This document shows, one piece after another, positions 1-13,317 of a stretch of DNA of 37,980 nucleotides. The position numbers and the translations under genes are program-made. How positions within the stretch are numbered: position 1 is the stretch's first letter; every line of letters begins with the position of its first letter. Origin of the DNA: Bugula neritina (taxonomy: Eukaryota > Animalia > Bryozoa). The stretch lies in contig CAXIUT010000119.1 in the NCBI GenBank assembly GCA_964035545.1, forward strand, positions 1 through 37,980, read 5' to 3'. The notes beneath the pieces were generated by a model. It made no database searches. It was given only the letters and a program-made list of their open reading frames with translations, and was not told the origin of the DNA.

Positions 1-100
1 CCCAACCCCAACCCCAACCCCAACCCCCAACCCAACCCCAACCCCAACCCCAACCCCAACCCCAACCCCAACCCCAACCCCAACCCCAACCCCAACCCCA
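1..100. repeat. Left telomere, (CCCCAA)n
   Basis: Near-perfect C4A2 hexamer array at the contig start, with two irregular units (C5A2, C3A2); Tetrahymena-type ciliate telomere repeat. Confidence 0.97.
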
Positions 101-235
101 TTGTTTTATGACAAAATATCGATAAGCATCAGTCACTTCGTCTGCAATCGTCATAAAGTGATATCAAATAACCAACAGAGTATGATATAGATTCAATAAT
201 AATCTAAAATATCTTTATGATTTAAGATGTTTGAA

Positions 236-832
236 TCATTTTTTTTTATCTTAGTCTAATTCTCTCGATATAATTTTTTTGAACTGATGCCAATCGACAG
301 TTAGCTCTTATTTGATATTATCTTTTTCCTCAATCGACTTCCCATTGGCTCCAAATATCAATTGTTAAATTTGTTGTTAGGTTAAATCTTCCTACAAATC
401 TTATACCACCTTTGTCAGTGACTTCTTGCTTATTACTGGCTCTTTTGAATTGTATGATTCATCAGTAAATAGTTTAAAAGCCTTCTAAATATCCTATGTT
501 GAGTCTTTCTGACTCATCTTCACTATCATTATCTCAAGGAAGTCCTGGAAATCTATCTTGGTGTCGTCGTATTTGGTGCCTTACTTGCCCTTGTCTAAAT
601 CTCGAATCAAATTGCTTATTTCCTCGTTGCTTGGATCAAAACCGAGGGCTCTTAATACTACTTTTAGATTTTTAGCTTAGATAGTTCCTGATCCTGAAAT
701 ATCAAAGAAGTCAAAAGCTTTTTTGATTTAGTTTTTTTGAGAGGCAGTGAGGACTTGTTGGTTATTGAGTATTTTTTTTCTATTGTTTTGTGAGGTTTGG
801 GCAGGTTGAGGTGGTTTGACTTTACTTGCCAT
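236..832 (-). CDS. Centrin/caltractin-like EF-hand protein (198 aa)
   Basis: ATG at 832, TGA at 238-236, no intron needed. With TAR=Glu it reads [40 protein letters not shown]...IDFQDFLEIM...KDSTEDIEKAFKLF, matching the centrin consensus. Confidence 0.9.
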
Positions 833-1358
833 TTGTAACTTATATTTATATTTAATTGATTTTCTATTCATTTAAATCTCTATCTATCATAATCGCTATT
901 TAATAAAAATAAACATCAATAAAAGAAAGGCTAAGATAAAATAAATTTAATTCTAATGCCATTTATCAAAATAGTATAAAATGATCTTCATGGTAGATGT
1001 TTCTTATTATTTTTTATTTGATTTTTTATTCTTAGTCAAAGATAGTATTTTTGAATTAGAAGCAATTAAATGTTATTTATGCAAAATTAAACCTTATAAA
1101 AGAAAATAACTTACCTTCTTCTTGTTCTAGTTAAAAATATATTAATTTATAAACACTTTTTACTTCATAATCTGATATTGTATTATCAATTTATCATAAA
1201 TTCTATCAATAAGAATCAGTAATAAACCATCTCAGTAGTAGTTAGTCATCTTTCACTACCATTCTAACTCTATTTTATCTGATCTATTTCTATCACAACC
1301 TCTTAGTCTTTATTTTGAATAGTACTCTTTAATAAGTATAATTAACTCAGATATATAA

Positions 1359-2189
1359 TCAAAAGGCTTCCAAAGTCATCATCATCATTCGATCATAACT
1401 ATTGCCCATTATAATCACCGATAACAGACTATAAAACAGTCGATAGTCCATTCCGCTATATAACTTTCCTACTCCTTCCTCTCTGACTATCATTTTGACA
1501 CTATCGAATATGCCTCGATATCTGTATTATCTTTGTGAAGCTAACTTGGTAAATATCAGATCAAAAGGATGTGAGATAAGTGATGCAAGTATAGCTGCAC
1601 CAAAATAGATATGATAGCGTCTGTTGATATCTTGTTTGAGCCAATTGCTGAAGTAATTGACCATTCCGTCGACTAGAAGGATATAGGATCCTCTGGATGA
1701 TAGATCTCGTAGAACCGAATAGAAGCTGGCTGCTGGGAATACTTTTTTCATGACTGAAAGGTTCATTTATTTGTTGGACATTTGGGAACTTATTTTACTC
1801 ATATCTATCCATGTTTTTAATAAACCTTCTCCTATTACTGCTAAAAAGAAGTTTTACTGTCCGAGGGTAAGAAAGCACATATTACCAATTATAATGGAGA
1901 GATATCCTTTGAAAAATCCAAGATAGGGAGTTTTCGAGGTGACGTTGTTGGCTGCGAAATGAGCTATATCAACTTTTTTATTTCTGGCCATCTTCCTTAT
2001 TTTAATGGTATCTAGAGGATAGGCAACGAGGTGGATGAGAGTGGATAGTATCCCTGTGGTGATAGTTTTATGGAGTATAGTGGGCTATTTCTTTATTTGT
2101 GGGACTGTGGCTTTGGGATGTCTTGAGTGATATTTATTCATGATGAATGATTTTTATACCATCTTTGTGTACTGGGGATCGTCTTGCAT
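1359..2189 (-). CDS. Mitochondrial carrier (SLC25) family protein
   Basis: Single frame from ATG 2189 to TGA; signature motifs YPLDTIKIR and HPFDLIFTK, plus YRGIFDSVKMIVREEGVGKLYSG. Confidence 0.88.
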
Positions 2190-2290
2190 TATTTACTATC
2201 TGAATTAACTTTATCTTTAATCTATCTGATTTAACTATTTATTTAATCTTAACTCATAATTAATCAATTGATTCTTCGCAGATTCAAATT

Positions 2291-3279
2291 ATGGAACAAA
2301 ATACACTTGTCGTTTGTGTTACTGGGGCAGCTGGACAAATCGCTTACTCTTTTATCCCTCAACTTTGTAATGGAAACTGCTTTCCTAACACCAACTTGCA
2401 TATCCGACTACTTGATATCACTCCTGCTCTCAAAACTCTCAAAGGAGTCATCCTAGAACTAGAAGACTGCAACTTTCCACTTGTCCAATCAGTATTTATT
2501 CCGATATTAAGATTCAATGTGGGGATAAACCTGAAGAAATGTTCAAAGACGCTGATGTGGTTGTTTTTTTGGGAGGATTTCCTAGAAAACCAGGCATGTA
2601 GAGAAAGGATCTTCTTCAAACGAACAAAAAGATATTTATCGAGCAAGGCCAGGCTCTTTCTGTTGCCAAAAAAGAAGTTAAGTGTTTAGTAGTAGCCAAT
2701 CCTGCCAATACGAATGCCTACATCTTGCATCACTTCTCGTCCATCGATTCGAAAAACGTTAGTTGTCTGAGTAGATTGGATCATAATCGAGCTGTTGGCC
2801 AGATTAGTCTCAAAACTAATTCGTCTAAAAAAGATATTGAAGGTGTTTATATTTTTGGAAATCACTCTGTAACCCAGTATCCGTGTATCAATAATATAAA
2901 GGTTAAGGGAGAAGCGATTGGGTCGTTGGTTGATCGTTAGTGGTTGGAAAATACTTTTATCCCTAAGGTGCAGAAGCGAGGTGGGTAGGTGCTTGAAATT
3001 AGAGGTGGAAGTTCTGTTTTTTCTGCTGCTTGTGCGGTGATAGACCATTTGAGAGATTGGTTTTTGGGTAGTAGTGGAGTGGTGTCGATGGGTGTCATGA
3101 GTGAGGGAGACTATAACATTCCTAAAGGATTGTGGACTAGCCTTCCTGTTAGATGTGTTGGTAATTTTAGATACTAAGTGATAAAGGATATTTAGTTATC
3201 ATAGTTTTGTCATGGTCGAGTGACTAAGACAGTTAAGTAGCTGCAAGACTAAATAAAACAGGCAGAGATAGAATAGTGA
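2291..3279 (+). CDS. MDH: Cytosolic-type malate dehydrogenase; 20-nt intron 2492-2511
   Basis: Motifs VCVTGAAGQIAYS, ELEDC, GGFPRKPGMERKDLL, VVANPANTN, LSRLDHNRA, IFGNHS, VQKRG; removing the intron restores the frame; TGA at 3277-3279. Confidence 0.96.
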
Positions 3280-3554
3280 TAGTAATATCATATATTATTA
3301 ATAACATTTTCTTCTTTAATCTTGTTATTTAGTGTTTAATATAAATGAATAAATATTGAAGTATCAGATTTTTATTTTCTTTTTAGTTTTTATTATTTTT
3401 TGTTTGTGATAAACTTTCATAGGACTTTATCTATAGCTTTGATCTTTAGTTGAGCTTGAAGATCTGGCAGAGTCTATCTTTTTCTTAGGACTTTTGTTCT
3501 TTTTAAAGGCCAAAGCATAATAATTTTATCCTACCTAATCCTATAATTTCTATG

Positions 3555-4913
3555 TCATTAATTTATTTTTTTTGTTTTTTTGGCAGGAGTCAACTTATCA
3601 ATAATGATATCTTTTTTACTGAGATTAGTTGTATTGTTATGTCGATTATTATATTTCTTTTTTATATTTTTTGCATCAAATGATAATTTATTAGTTCTGC
3701 TGATCGACAGACTATGACCTTTTTGTCTTTTTTTTGGGCTTTTAAAGCCTTTCATATCAAATAAAACCAATTGTTTTAATTTATTGTTTTGCCATTTCAT
3801 TCTTTCTTTAATTTATCTTCTCTAGTTCTTTCTTCTACTTTGTTACTGAGTTGCTACTGAATCTTGAGGAAGCACTTCATTTTATCCTCTAATCGAGTTG
3901 ACTACTCCTCTCAGAGACAACTGACAACCATTTAAATCTATCTTACGATATCTATTATTATAGTTTTATACGATATGATAGAGAAAAGGACTTTCGAAAG
4001 GCACTAGCAAAAGATAAAATAAAATAGATACGAGATGATTATGACTACTTTAAAGTCCACCTTCGAGAAATGACTAGGTCGAGAGGCAGAAATGAGCAAT
4101 TGAGGTTAAAGTGAATAGATGGAAGACGGTTTATTTACTGTGATCGGATGGAAAGTAGCTGAGTGTCATAACATCACCAATAGACATATTTTTAAATTAT
4201 TTTATAAGCTTGTTATTATGTTTTTTTAAGACCATGATATCTTGTTTCCAGGATGACCAAATCACTCTTACTATCTATTCTTTATTTGTATCTAATTAAC
4301 CATTTTTCCACTATTTGATAGTTTTCCAGACGATCATTTTATCTTATAAATTATTTAATCCGACTTCTTCATATTTACTCGCCCAGCTATTGGCATAGTT
4401 GTTTATAAATCCCTTTCCTATCTTCATTGCCTTCCTTGCTGCTCCACTGGCGTTTCTGTGTCTTCCCATTGATGAATTGATGGCACAGTATTGTAGATAG
4501 TATTTCATTTTATCGATATCTTATTGATAGCTTTCTGAGAGGTATCTAATGGTAGTGGATGAGGTCAGTTCGCTTAATCCCATCTCATAGTTATAAATTA
4601 TTCCTTAGAGATAATCTGATGCGCTTTAGAGTTATAGTTGTTTCTGGTATATCCATGCGATGTTGTGAAGGATTCCGAATATCAGTTACCTTTTGACCTA
4701 TCTGCAACTCTCAGCTACGTATTATAAAATGCACTCTGCTAGTTTTAATTTATCGAGGGCTTGGGTTAGTTTGTTTTATTTGATGTGGTGATGGGCTTGG
4801 AGAGAGAGGGCTTTTACTTTTTGGGAAAGGAAGTGAGGATTGTTAGGTATTGGCGGGTGTTTGGGGGAGAGCGAAAGGAGAGGAAATTTTAAAGGAGAAG
4901 AAACATTCGACAT
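3555..4913 (-). CDS. TPR-like helical repeat protein with Lys-rich tail (452 aa)
   Basis: Continuous frame ATG 4913 to TGA 3557-3555 under code 30; TPR-like segments ILHNIAWIYQK and YLQYCAINSSMGRHRNA; includes ORF-track fragment 3558-3800. Confidence 0.7.
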
Positions 4914-5101
4914 TATAGAATATCAAATACATCTATATTTATCGATCAAATGATATTACCAAGTTTATCTTATATAACCTAGCTAAACTATAGTAGAATT
5001 GATAAAAATGCTGAAATAACCTCACATTCTATTCTTTAATAGGCTTTATTTTATGATAGTCAAAATTGATATAAAATACTGATAAAAAAGACAAATAAGC
5101 T

Positions 5102-7174
5102 TCAAGTAAGATTTTTGAGAACATAGTCTCCACTTTACAACTTCAAAGATTTGACTATTTCCTCCATCTATATGAGTCCTTCAACAACTTTAAAACTCCT
5201 CAGAACTCCCACTCGACTACTAATATTCAAACAAAAAGATCCTACTATCTTTCTCTTTGCCTTCCCTGGACTCTCATGAACTAGAGGAGTGTTAGTTGGT
5301 GTAATCATCAATTAGTCTTCTTCTAGCAAGTTAGAAGAGTCGCTGAGTTGTAGACTAGAACGCTAAGAAAGCAAACTTTATCTTTTATTGGTGAAAAGAG
5401 GCATATTCGATTGTTTTAAAAACTATGATACCTAATTGATGCGAGTGATTAATGTCTGAAGGGCCGAGATGTCACTTTGATTGCTTGTTTTTGATTTAGT
5501 TTTTATGCTAAAATGTCCCAGTTGGTTATTACTTGTGACTACTTCTTTGTCTTGTTGGCTGATTCTCTAGAAGTGGTGTGATTATAGAGTATTTTCTATG
5601 TTGTTTTTTATCTTAGAGATGGTAAGATAGTTATTTCTGCACTAGTTGAGTTTATTTTGGAACTACTCAGTGGCTGATCCAAATTTATCATCAACATTTT
5701 TAAGTATCTATTTATATTTTTTATTAACAGTAAATAATAAGCTTTAAAATGCTCCTTTTACCTTCTCTTTCTACTTTCCTAACTAGCACTACAACTCCTT
5801 AATACACTCCTTGAACACTTTCTATCTCTATTACTATTCTGCGACCATTTTGCTAATTAAATTGATTTTTCCAGTTAGGTTTTGTCGAAGCAGTTATCCT
5901 GATTTTTTCAATGAGTGGATTTGGTGTTATCGATGGACTCCTCGAAGAGCACACTAGGAACAAAGCAGTTGATTACATTTCAAACAGAAGTATATGATTT
6001 ATTATTGTTAGTGGATTTTGCAAATAAATATTTGTTATTTTATTTGTTCAATATTTTATATTTTTTTTTCTTTGATGAGTGATAGGTCGAATTTTGACTC
6101 TTAAAAGCCTAAGTTATCAAGCATTCTGTCTGAATTTATTTTATTTTAACTTTCTTTGTGGCTAGATGTGTTGCCTTATGCACTGTTTTAGGTGTTTCTC
6201 CGTTTGAGAGGCTAATAAAGTATTTGATTTATTTTTATGCTTTACTCAGATTTGCAAGTAGTATGTTTATCTATGAGATGGTCGATTGTTTTGTGGGATT
6301 GTTTTAGTTATATTTTTGATTCTGTGGGAATTTATTCTACTTTTTAATGTTATATCTATTGAGAAGATGGTTGGATTGGTTGTGCTGAACGCTTTGATCT
6401 TATTTTGCCTACTGCTCGAACTGAAGAACTAGAAGAGTATTAACTTCTGTCTGACTTTTGCTGCTTTTATTGATATTTTGGTGAATGATGCACTATCCTG
6501 CCCTTATTCTATCTTCTACCCCTACTACTATACTACTTACTATACTCTTTACTCGACTGTTGCTTTTATTTTAATCTTTTGTGTATCTATTTCTAGCTGT
6601 TTTGTCCTGAATAAGATTGATATTATTTTTGAGACTATTGATGATTTGACTATTGTATTTTGACTTTAAGGAGTTAGTATTAATTATTATTATGAATGAG
6701 GTCGATGGTATTTCTTAATTTTTTATGTTGATTTTGATAACTAAAGCCAGTTTGGTATTATTACTGAAGATCAATATTTTTTATTATATTTTTATTGCTA
6801 AGATATTTGGATATAGTTCTTTTTCTTTATTTTATTTTTGACTATAAACTTCTATTTTTCTATCTATCTAGATGTTACTGCTTAGATGTTGGTTATGGAG
6901 CACATTATTTATCTTTTCCTTTTGATTTATTTTAAAGATAATGTTTTCTAAGTTGCTAATATACTTTTGCATCAATGGATGTTTGTTGTAGACAGTGTTA
7001 GCAGAAGTAGTTGTTCTTTCATATTGTCAATTTTACATAATGATGTTTATGGTTGGTTTTGTTCTTGCAGTTTATGAAGTAGTTATTGACTGCACATGAT
7101 ATGCAGACGTGATGGGAACAGATGAGGAGCAAAATGTTCTTGTGGAATAGGTGACAACTGTGGCAGCGGGTCAT
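5102..7174 (-). CDS. RING-like + B-box zinc finger + coiled-coil (TRIM-like) protein; 21-nt intron 7016-7036
   Basis: N-terminal CHSC...CSHHVCISC...CEHC. B-box ICKIHEQEEIIYFCLKCNQLLCSECALRGVHREHQI at ~6022-5920 is in the same frame. TGA at 5104-5102. Confidence 0.8.
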
Positions 7175-7637
7175 CAATGACTATATATATTATTTATTCA
7201 AATAGAAAATTAAGTTATTAAATCTTTATATTGGCACTAATAGCTGTCGGTGATTATAGATTAATAGTCGTTTTCTAATAAATTAATATATATAAAAACC
7301 TAAATATCAAAATATATATTTAAATTGAATAAGGATGTCGATATTAATGTTAATGTTAATGGATGAGAGTTAATCTAGGGGAATGATTTAAACTAAATAT
7401 TATAAATAAACTTTTATCTTCATTTAATTGATATTCTATTATTGTTCTTAATTATTTGAAAAGTATAGCTTTATTAGAACTCATCAACAATAAAAACCAT
7501 TTGATAATCCTCACATCCTTTTTACAACTAATAAACTACAGATATAGCTTTATTAAATTAGTAAGATTAAATTGATTAATTGATATTTGAATTTAAACGA
7601 GTTAGTTTAAACCTTATGAAATATATTTGAATTTATA

Positions 7638-7886
7638 ATGGGACAGTGTTTGATATTTGACTGCTGCTGGTGCAACTGCTTTGGTTTATGTTGTGCAGGC
7701 ATTCACTATGCCTTATTTGTTTGTTCTTGTTGGTTATGCAAGGCAGATGAGATCAAAGCCGTTGATGCTTAATGCTGCCATTGTTTCTAGTGGACCGGAT
7801 TAGGAGGAATCTTCTGCTGTTATGGGTATGTATGTTGTGCTCCCAAACTACTACAAGACTTCAGCAGACTCAAATCATCCAAGTGA
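7638..7886 (+). CDS. Small cysteine-rich protein (82 aa, 17 Cys)
   Basis: ATG 7638 to TGA 7884-7886: MGQCLIFDCCWCNCFGLCCAGIHYALFVCSCWLCKADEIKAVDAECCHCFEWTGLGGIFCCYGYVCCAPKLLQDFSRLKSSK; relatively GC-rich island in AT-rich flanks. Confidence 0.78.
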
Positions 7887-8000
7887 TCATCATTATCATC
7901 ATAAATCATCATCATCATTATCATCATTATCATCATTATCATCATAAATCATCATTATTGACTTAAATCATCAATATTTTCATCATTATTGACTTAATAT
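7885..8000. repeat. Degenerate (CATCATTAT)n microsatellite
   Basis: Visible 9-nt/ATC periodicity starting at the preceding stop codon. Confidence 0.85.
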
Positions 8001-8392
8001 CATCACCACTACCTTTTAATCGAATAAATCAAGAACAATCTTCACTGATTAAATGTTCTATTGTTTTATAGTTGTTTCAAGGATTATGCTCAAAGAGATC
8101 ATTGCTAAATTATCAAAATTCAAAGATGATCAAGGCATTGAAAAGAGTTGAAGGTGGATAGTTAGGAACTCTAAAATATTTCCTATTTATTTTTTAATCA
8201 GATATTAGTTCTAACTATAATCATAGTAATGAACTGTAAAAGACCTCTATTAAACAAATATTGAATAAAATAAGATCCTAGTTGGTTTCAGTGTCGATAA
8301 ATCTTGAATAAAAATAAGATATATTATTATTAATTGTTTGTAACGATTTACTAGTTATGATTATTCAATTTGATACAATATAATTAGGAAAG

Positions 8393-9607
8393 ATGGACAA
8401 CTAGGGCATCAATGCAAAGGTATATCTTTCTGTGTACTGTTACGCCTACCTATGTTATGGTATGTTGACGAGTAGCACTGGTCCAGCTATCCCGTACCTG
8501 GCCAAACATAGAAATGTCACATAAACGTCTCTATCCTATTTGTTTATTTTATCTTCTACAGGTTCTATTCTTTCATTTCTTTTATCAAAGCTGTTTCTCT
8601 ACTATAAACTAGCATTCAAAGAGCATAATCTCTTTAGTTTTTGGTCTTTGGTGATGGGCCTATCTACAGTTGTATTTGTAAAATCTAAAAGCGATATTGT
8701 GTCTGGAGTTGCCTTTACTTTATACTTTATGGGAGCTTTTAACTTTTGTGCTTTATCTAAAATATGTGTTTTTAGGTTTAAAAAATAGCCTATCAGTAAA
8801 TGGCTCATTCTCACCAACAACATGTTCGCTATTGGCTCCTTGATAGTTCCACAGCTCCTCAGAATACTATAACTTAACGTCTACTTCTTCTTTACAGCCA
8901 TCTATCTCATCTCCTCTGTCTTGTTCTTCTTCTTGCCCACTCCATAAGACAACCAATAGTTGCAAAATAACTAGCTATCATAAAATCAGATTAAAATAAA
9001 GTGGGGATCGAATGTATCGTGCTTGGTAGTGGGGATAGCTTTATTCTTTTGCATTGGGTATTAGGTCACTGTGAGTGGTTGGTTTTCTACTTATGCGGTT
9101 CGATAGGATCATCAATCTTAGTCTGAAGCTACTCTATACAATACTATCTTTTGGAGTATGTGTACAGTAATTTCTTTTCTTTCTATGCTCTTAACTGCTA
9201 AAGATAGTACACAGATTAAAATACTAGTGCCTTCCCTTGCTATTACCAGTGCTATTTGCCTATTTTTTCACTATTATAATGCTTTTAAAGTGGCCCTTCT
9301 TTTTGGTTCTTTTAGTTTTGGTATATTTTGTTCTACACTTTGTCCTTTGCTGCTGTCGGTTTCATTGGAGTATGGAATTAAATTTACTGCTTAACAGTTG
9401 TAATTTCTTATTTTTATGACTATATTTTCGACTATGTTGATAACTAGTCCGACTGGAATGCTAATGACCTACAATATGGCCTATTTATTTTATTCTCTTT
9501 TGCTGATAGGAGTCTTATTTGTGGTGGTTCTTTTTGTTATGCTAAATATGTTCCTAAAATAGTCAAAAACAGAGGAAATAGGACAAGAAGAATAAAATTC
9601 TATATGA
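8393..9607 (+). CDS. MFS transporter (MFSD4/fucose-permease-like, 404 aa)
   Basis: One frame joining ORF-track pieces 8540 and 9158; multiple TM segments; motifs TGPAIPYLA, FAIGSLIVPQL, CIGYEVTVSGWFSTYA. Confidence 0.85.
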
Positions 9608-9784
9608 TAAATACTCAAATATAATTTAAAACCTCTATAATAGCACCTATACTTATATTAAACCTATCTATAATATCCTATTAACACATCTAATAACTTA
9701 TATTGTCTCTTAATAACAGCTATTTTATATCTAAATCATTAGAATTATCATCACCTTATTACTAATCTAGTCATAATAATAACA

Positions 9785-11615
9785 ATGATAAAATGTTCTT
9801 TTGATTTCATCACATCGATCAATAGTGTTGTCAGTGATTCAGCTCGAGGCTATTTCCATCGAGGACACTACTACTAGTGCCTCGAAAACCCCTACATGAA
9901 ATACTCTCTCATCTAGTTTGGAATTAATGGAACAGACGCAATGCTCAACACTGGTCTATGTCTTCCCAAATAGTGTTCAAACCAAATCATCACTCATTCT
10001 ATCAACTCGGCTCTTAAAATAATAGGAACTCCCCTATAGATATATGATATCGATTCTGATACTCAAAATTATGTTTTTCCTTTAAGCTGGCTTTCCTATC
10101 TAACTGCATCTATTCTGATAGTAATAGTTCTTTTGGTGGTGGTTGCTACTTTACTTCCCAGGTAGTCGAGGAAGTGGGTGGGTTGTTTTGATTTGATTGG
10201 CAATATGAAGCAGTTGAAGGGGAGGCCGAATGAAGACTTGAGGGTTTGGGATGGAGTGAGGGCAGTGTCGATGATGTGGGTAATTATCGGCCACACATAT
10301 TCGTTTTTTCTTGGATCTGGAGTCTAGAACATATCAGACTATTAGGCTTTTTCTACAAAACCTTTCTATTTGATCATATAATCTGGACTCTTGTCGGTCG
10401 ATATATTTCTTTGTTTGGGCGGCTTCTTTCTAGCCTTCGTAATGCTCAGACACAAAATTGATTGGAAAGTGTGTGGGATGGGCGTTCTTCAAAGAGCACT
10501 ACGTATTTGGCCGGCTTATATTCTTTCGATGATGTTTTACTACTCTCTTTTTATGCGATTGGGTTCAGGGCTGTTCTGGAGCAAAGCTGAGCTAGATACT
10601 TCTATTTGCAGTAGTATGTGGAGGTAGGTGTTATTTTTATCTAACTTTATTGAGAACGGGGAGAGGCAGTGTATGGGATGGGGATGGTACTTGCAGGTAG
10701 ATTTTCAATTATTTGTGATAGGAGTTATTCTTCTCTTTATTTATTCTAAAAATAAACGCGTCTTTATGTTAGTATCTGCTGCTTTATGTATCTTTTCATG
10801 TGTTTTTGTGTTTATGTGGACTCTTGACCATGGAATGAAGATGTTGACAGATATAGACGCCTTTATCATTTTTGGTGATTTCATGACAAACCTCTACATC
10901 AAGCCTTATGGAAGGTGTGTTCCCTATTGTATGGGACTTGTCTTTGGAATCCTCTTCATGGAATATAGAAGTAATATTGATATTTTTTAGAATCAAAAAA
11001 TAAAGATCAATAACAGACGACTCTATTGTCTCGAGTTAGGTTGGATTTGATGGCAAATAATATAAAAAGGATAATGGTGTAGTGGATAGGTATAGGACTG
11101 ATGGCTTTGGTTGTTTTTATTCCTCGTTTTTTACAAACAGGTAGTTATTTTATAATTTAGGTAGTGTTTGGCCACAAGCTTTTCACTCTTTATATTGGGT
11201 ACTTTCAAAGCCTATATTTATACTTGGAATGATCCTTACTGTTTTACCATCTTGTTTGGGAGTGAGACATTCTTTCTTTTATTTGATTCTCAATGCTAAA
11301 ATATTTGCTTTTATCGCTAGAATATCTTTTTGCACCTACCTGGTACATCTGATGGTCGTCTATAGATACATTTACAGTCGAACTTACGATATATACTATA
11401 GTCTCTTGGATTTATTTATTGTTTATTTGGGATTTTTGCCTATCATTCTCTTTTTTGGCTTTATTATGACCATGACTATTGAACTGCCTTTTGGAAATAT
11501 GGTAAAAATGATGGTCTAGAAGATTAAATAATCAAAAAAAGATTATAAAAGTTAAACTATTCTTACTAGTTAAAGCATAACTGAGGAATTAACTAAAAAT
11601 AAAGAGAATAAATGA
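9785..11615 (+). CDS. NRF-6-like membrane acyltransferase (Acyl_transf_3); 20-nt introns 10971-10990 and 11141-11160
   Basis: Motifs GHYYECL, VWDGVRAVSMMWVIIGH, SVDIFLCLGGF, RALRIWP, CMGWGWYLQVDFQ, YIKPYGR, ARISFCTYLVH, IELPF. Start codon uncertain. Confidence 0.88.
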
Positions 11616-11708
11616 TATTTTATTTACAAATCAATAGCATGAAACCATTATTTATTTATTTTCAAAATTAAAGCTGCATATTGACTTTTTGATATTAGAT
11701 TAGATATA

Positions 11709-13113
11709 ATGGAGATAAATAGTTCAAACGAGGATGCTTAATCTTTGACTTCAACTCTTATTACTGAATAATCTCGTAGTTTTGTTAAAAGGACGTTTGG
11801 TCCTATGCCAGCTGGTGCCATGCGGGGTTCTATTTTTGCTTTTCTCGCTAGTGCTATGGGTCCAGGTCTATTCAACCTTCCCTTCCGAATCAGTCAGATA
11901 GGTATAGTATCATACTTGGTCTTTATCTTAGGAAGTGGTTTGTTTTCTTACTTGGGCATGCATTTGATGTCGCGAGTGATATTGTAGTATAGGGTGGAGT
12001 CGTATGGTAGTATGAGCGAGAGGTCTTGGGGAAAGGTTTGAGGAAGTTTTCATAGTTTTGTTTGATAGTGTACCCTTGGGGAGTAGCCATATGTTTTCAA
12101 GTTATTTTTGTTAAATTTGCAATGCAACTGCTGGCTGATACTTTCGGCGTATAGTGTTACTAGGGATAGAGGGGAAGAGAAGACGAAATATATTCTTCTA
12201 GTGGTACAAATGATAAGATATAGGAGAATGGATTCGAGTGGGAGTGACAGTTGGTGTAATGGTTTTGGGTTTATTCTTTATTCTTAAAAAATAAATAGGC
12301 GTCCTACAAAAAATATCTATCATTGGGGTGCTGTCTATTGTCATTAATGCTTTGATAGTTCTGGTGACTTTTTTCATTGGGTTTTAAGTGTAAATATAGT
12401 CATCTGATGGTTCGTCTACTCTTTATGTGTATCATGGAGTGGGGTCTATAAGTTGGAGTGATTTGCGTTGGTTTGGAAGTGAAGGCAGTGGTTCTTAGGT
12501 GTTTTATTCGCAGATGCAGGGATTCGCATCCTTGATATTTTGTTATATAAGTCATCAGTTGGTTTTCCCTTTGGCTTTTGACCTTAAAAATCCTACTCAA
12601 CGTCGGATCGACAAAATATTCAACCGAGTCCATCTTACTGAAATTATCATATACTTAGCTGTTGGAATGAGTGGGTATTTGCTTTTGGCCTAGCATTAAT
12701 TAGAAAGGCCTATAAATGCTTTGGTGATAGCGTCTATTCAGACGATAGCGATGACAGTTGGTAAATTTTTTATGGTTTTATTTTTATTTTTTGCTATTCC
12801 TTTGCTATTATTTCCTTCTCGAGAGGTGGTGTACTAGACGTTTGGGTTGTAGAGGTCAACTCGTGTTCATTTGGTGGTTAGTTTGAGTTTGGCTGTCTCT
12901 GCCACCGTGGTTGCTGTTGTTTTTCAGGGAGTCAATAGTTATTTTGGGATATTGGGTGGTACAGTAGGTGTGATAATGGCTGGAGTGATACCTTCTGTTT
13001 GCTACTGGAAGTTGATGGATTTGAAAGAAATCAAATATAAAATAATAATGGTCTTTATGGTTATATTTTCTTTGTTAGGGATTTTGGGTGCTTTTCTATC
13101 AGTTATTGTCTGA
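11709..13113 (+). CDS. Amino acid transporter (Aa_trans/SLC38-like); intron 12204-12223; frame disruption near 12030-12055
   Basis: Motifs SAMGPGLFNLPF and LIFCYISHQLVFP with many TM helices; an in-frame TGA at 12039 needs either a 1-nt frame correction or a 20-nt intron. Confidence 0.85.
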
Positions 13114-13290
13114 TTGTGTATATCAAATCATCCTTAAGTGTGATTGTATATCAAATCATTATTAACACTATAGCTATATCATTATTAACACGATAGCTAT
13201 ATCATTATTAAGACTATAGCTATATCATCATTAACACGATAGCTATATCATCATTAACACGATAGCTATATCATCATTAATACTATGATT
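13111..13290. repeat. 23-bp minisatellite (ATCATTATTAACACGATAGCTAT), about 5-6 copies, preceded by a ~30-bp duplication overlapping the stop codon
   Basis: Direct reading; lies between two convergent genes. Confidence 0.88.
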
Positions 13291-13317
13291 ATATGTTTTT
13301 GTATTCAATAAAGAAGA

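Noticed and set aside
7772-7966. His-rich ORF in the supplied track
   Set aside because: It is out of frame with the Cys-rich gene, and the His run is simply the translated CATCATTAT microsatellite.
12039-12041. TGA readthrough (Sec, Trp or Cys) in the transporter
   Set aside because: Downstream family-like sequence continues in a different frame, so readthrough would not rescue the protein.
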